A stretch of 20,722 nt of DNA from an uncultured Thermococci archaeon (GTDB lineage Archaea > Methanobacteriota_B > Thermococci > Thermococcales > Thermococcaceae). This document shows, in pieces, positions 17,999 to 20,722 of this stretch (position 1 is its first letter; every line of letters begins with the position of its first letter). The notes beneath the pieces were generated by a model. The model was not told the DNA's origin and searched no databases. It worked only from the letters and a program-made list of their open reading frames with translations. The translations under genes were made by a program, and so were the position numbers. Location: assembly GCA_964615185.1 (NCBI GenBank), contig CAZTOS010000041.1:1-20722 (forward strand). Reading direction: 5' to 3'.

Positions 17999-18048
17999 CT
18001 ATTTTTGTCCAATTAACTTTTTAATACCATCACAAACTCTCTTTTAAG

Positions 18049-18978
18049 GTGAGAAAAGTGAAGTATACCTGGGAAGAATTCGCGAGAAAAATGGGGATTG
18101 AAGTCGAGAGAGTGGAAAATAAAGAAGCCAGAGAGCTAAAGAAGTTTGTTAATGAGCTAATAGCTCCAACTCATTGCCAGTTTTGTCAAGGATTGGATTT
18201 AAGCATTGATAATCCTGTCCATCATCCTTCCTATGAGCTGACTCCAGCTTGCAATCATGACTGCATCTTCTGTTATTCAAATGTGGCTGTAAAATTGGGA
18301 AAAGCACCAAAACCAGGTTACTATGGCTGGGAAAATCCAAAGGCGATAACAATTTCCCAGTATGGAGAGCCTCTGCTTTCCCCAAGGATTGTTGAAGTCA
18401 ATAAGATGCTCCGTGAAAGATTTCCAGATGCCAGGTTAGACTTGCAAACTAATGGAAGCCTTCTAACGGAGGAACTCTGGCAAAAGCTCGATTTCGATTT
18501 AGTTATGGTAAGCTTAGATGCCGCAAGCAGAGAAAGGCACAAAATGATTACGAATGCTGACACTTTTGATAAAGTTGTGAATGCCCTCAAAATAGTTGGT
18601 TCTGATAAATCGGTTCGTTCAATTGTGAGGACAATCTTCATGCCAGGGATAAATGATGAGGATATCCCAAAGATTGCTGAGATAGCGGCTTCACTTGGAG
18701 TTGACGAGATGATGCTCCAGCCTTTAACGATACACAAGCTGAATGAAGAAAGGCTAAAAAGAGCGGGTTTAGATTTTGAGAGGGCTGAAAGTGTTAGAGA
18801 GCTACTCAAAGTTGCGATGGAAGCTAAAAAATACATAGATGTGAGAATAAGCGGCTGTTTGCTGGTTCAACTCAAGAGAATGGATGCACTGACACTCTAT
18901 AACGTTTATAAAGTTTCAAGAGAAGTCGCACCTTTGGTTAAAAGGAAGAGAATTGAAAAAATAGAAGAAGACCTGTGA
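18049..18978 (+). CDS. Radical SAM protein of unknown function
   Basis: CxxxCxxC motif CNHDCIFC (18250-18273), YGEP, QTNGS, VSLDA, PGIND; extra N-terminal HCQFC. The start may be GTG 18058, with AGGTGAG as RBS. Confidence 0.9.
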   Translation: MRKVKYTWEEFARKMGIEVERVENKEARELKKFVNELIAPTHCQFCQGLDLSIDNPVHHPSYELTPACNHDCIFCYSNVAVKLGKAPKPGYYGWENPKAITISQYGEPLLSPRIVEVNKMLRERFPDARLDLQTNGSLLTEELWQKLDFDLVMVSLDAASRERHKMITNADTFDKVVNALKIVGSDKSVRSIVRTIFMPGINDEDIPKIAEIAASLGVDEMMLQPLTIHKLNEERLKRAGLDFERAESVRELLKVAMEAKKYIDVRISGCLLVQLKRMDALTLYNVYKVSREVAPLVKRKRIEKIEEDL

Positions 18979-19113
18979 TGGAGAAGTCAGAATCAACTTA
19001 AGTAGATTTACAAAGGATAATGCTGAAATAACTGTGCTTAAGAATGGAAAATTTTAATTAGGGAGTTGATGAAAAAGATTATAAGTAAGTTTAAGCTCTA
19101 AGGGGGGATTGCA

Positions 19114-19782
19114 TTGAACTTCCTTCAGCTACTTGCTTATATCCTCATTGTACCGTTCGTTTTATTGAATGTAATGCTTTCGACGGTGCGATTTTTCTTT
19201 TCATCAGGAAGCAAATTGATGGCAAAGATTTTCAGAATACAAATTCCCAAAAATGAAAAAAGCAGATATGAAATCTTGTTTACAATCACGTGGATAATAG
19301 TTGGGATATATGCCCTGAAAAGTTTCAAAAACACGAACATGCTTTTAGGAATTTTGGCATTTTTGACTTTCAGAAATGGTGCAACCATATCTAAAAAACT
19401 CATCTATGGAGTTCATGATGCAAATTTGATTAAAGAGAGTGCAGGAGACAATAAAATTTTAGGTCTGATAAATAGAGCAGTCGGGGTTGGCATACTGGCT
19501 GAAGTTTTGTTCTTATTTATCTGGGCTATCTCTTACAAAGCCATAACGGTGGAAATAAGAACTCTCCTTGGATTGGGACTTAATAAGTTGATTTTATACC
19601 TATGGATTGCAGGAGTTATTTTTGGGGCTGTGTTTGGGATGTTTATTTCCCATAACAACAGAGGGATCCTCCTTCAAAATGAGGTGGCACTTGTCCTTTT
19701 ATTCGCTGGAAAGAAAGGACTTAGAACATTCACGAGTCTAAAAACAGGGACAAAACAGAACTTTCAGAAACTGAAGAGATAA
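19114..19782 (+). CDS. Hypothetical multi-pass membrane protein
   Basis: 222 aa with about 5 hydrophobic segments; TTG start after a GGGGGA RBS; TATA-like ATTATAAG at 19078-19085. Confidence 0.75.
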   Translation: MNFLQLLAYILIVPFVLLNVMLSTVRFFFSSGSKLMAKIFRIQIPKNEKSRYEILFTITWIIVGIYALKSFKNTNMLLGILAFLTFRNGATISKKLIYGVHDANLIKESAGDNKILGLINRAVGVGILAEVLFLFIWAISYKAITVEIRTLLGLGLNKLILYLWIAGVIFGAVFGMFISHNNRGILLQNEVALVLLFAGKKGLRTFTSLKTGTKQNFQKLKR

Positions 19783-19813
19783 TATTTTAAACTCCCGAGA
19801 TTTTCCTTATCTC

Positions 19814-20638
19814 ATGCTTACATGCTCAATTTGTATAAACAATGAGAAAACATCAAAAATCAAGATTGTCGATGGAAAGCCCATTTGTAAGGAATGCTTA
19901 GTATACTTCAGACATAAACCGGATAAGAACAAGATTCAAGCTGAATTGAAGGAGCTTATGAAGGATGCTGATAAAGCTATTGTGGCATTTTCTGGCGGAA
20001 AAGACAGCACAGTTGCACTTTATTTAGCCAAGAATGTTTACAAGATTCCAGAGCTTGAAGCAGTTATGATTGACCACGGATTTATGGCAAAGGAAGCAAT
20101 TGAAAATGCCAAAAGGATAGCGGAATATCTGGATGTGCAATTTACAATTCTGAGATATGACTATTCAGACATCTTCCGTGAAGCTCTCTTAAAGGCTCAG
20201 TCTCCATGTAGGAGATGCTCAAAGAGAACCATGGAAAAGCTGAGAAAGTATGCTTTGAAAAAAGGGATTAAATACATAATCACGGGGCACGAATTACCTT
20301 TTGGCCATCATCCTTATCGCTTAATGTCTGGCGGAATACTTCAAATTAGGCTTTTGAGCTTGATGAGCGAAAGCGAGAGATTTGAAATTCTGAAAAAGCT
20401 GCCTTTTGAGTTTCCCAATTTAGCTGGATATACAACGAACTGCCTCATCTTGGGCCCAGCCTTGGAGAGGTACTATGAAAAGCATGGCTTCAGCTTTGAG
20501 CATAGGAGAATAGCGGCTTTGGTTAGGTATGGGCTTTTGGATAAGGAGAAAGCTTTGGAAAAAGTGAAAAAGCCAGAGATTCCGGAAGAGGTAAAGAGAG
20601 AAGTTTATGAGCGTTTAAACTTGAAGGAACTGCTTTAA
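19814..20638 (+). CDS. Cys-rich PP-loop (N-type ATP pyrophosphatase) protein, TtuA/TtcA/QueC-superfamily-like
   Basis: N-terminal CSIC...CKEC zinc-finger-like motif, AFSGGKDS PP-loop, IDHG, SPCRRC, ITGH, TTNC; TATA-like TTTTAAA about 25 nt upstream, no RBS. Confidence 0.85.
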   Translation: MLTCSICINNEKTSKIKIVDGKPICKECLVYFRHKPDKNKIQAELKELMKDADKAIVAFSGGKDSTVALYLAKNVYKIPELEAVMIDHGFMAKEAIENAKRIAEYLDVQFTILRYDYSDIFREALLKAQSPCRRCSKRTMEKLRKYALKKGIKYIITGHELPFGHHPYRLMSGGILQIRLLSLMSESERFEILKKLPFEFPNLAGYTTNCLILGPALERYYEKHGFSFEHRRIAALVRYGLLDKEKALEKVKKPEIPEEVKREVYERLNLKELL

Positions 20639-20722
20639 TTTTTCCTTAGCAATCTCAAGCACTTTCTCCGGATTAATCCTAAATCCCCCCACCTTTAGCT
20701 AAAACTTCACTGCCTCCTCCAC
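20615..20722 (-). pseudogene. 3' end of a DHHA1-domain gene (possibly an alanyl-tRNA editing AlaX-like protein), apparently frameshifted in a G6 run
   Basis: The minus strand reads GGGSEVLAKGGG then ATT TAG; one base over it continues FRINPEKVLEIAKEKLKQFLQV* (stop 20615-20617). GGG....A.GGG followed by an amphipathic helix is the DHHA1 C-terminal pattern. Only 108 nt visible. Confidence 0.5.

Noticed and set aside
18975..19026. Possible C/D box sRNA (GTGATGG...CTGA, about 52 nt)
   Set aside because: Imperfect C box, no convincing D'/C' boxes at guide spacing, and AT-rich would-be guides.
19814..20638. Naming the PP-loop gene queC or ttuA
   Set aside because: Lacks the QueC C-terminal Cys cluster and the TtuA GHNLDD motif and C-terminal zinc finger; only the superfamily is supported.

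Overview
Core chromosomal segment of a hyperthermophilic euryarchaeon of the order Thermococcales (inferred from gene set, GGTGA-type RBS, archaeal TATA boxes, type A RNase P RNA and a CGP-CTERM tail). Order: 3' part of priS (+); a 64-bp structured element resembling an IS200/IS605/IS607 (tnpB) right end; RNase P RNA (-); a secreted, membrane-anchored beta-rich protein, a small membrane protein, a DUF61 protein and a GalE-like epimerase (all -); glnA (+); EamA transporter, nadE, a membrane protein and a five-gene peptide ABC transporter (all -); pyrC, pyrK, a radical SAM protein, a membrane protein and a Cys-rich PP-loop enzyme (all +); and the apparently frameshifted 3' end of a DHHA1-type gene (-). 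No CRISPR array, tRNA, rRNA or intact transposase was seen. Best leads: the orphan tnpB-end/omegaRNA-like RNA fused to the priS stop codon, the radical SAM/PP-loop cluster, a Gly-to-Glu change in the glutamine synthetase flap loop, and palindromes in the galE-glnA intergenic region. I cannot demonstrate a wholly new system from sequence alone; family assignments come from motif recognition, not database searches.
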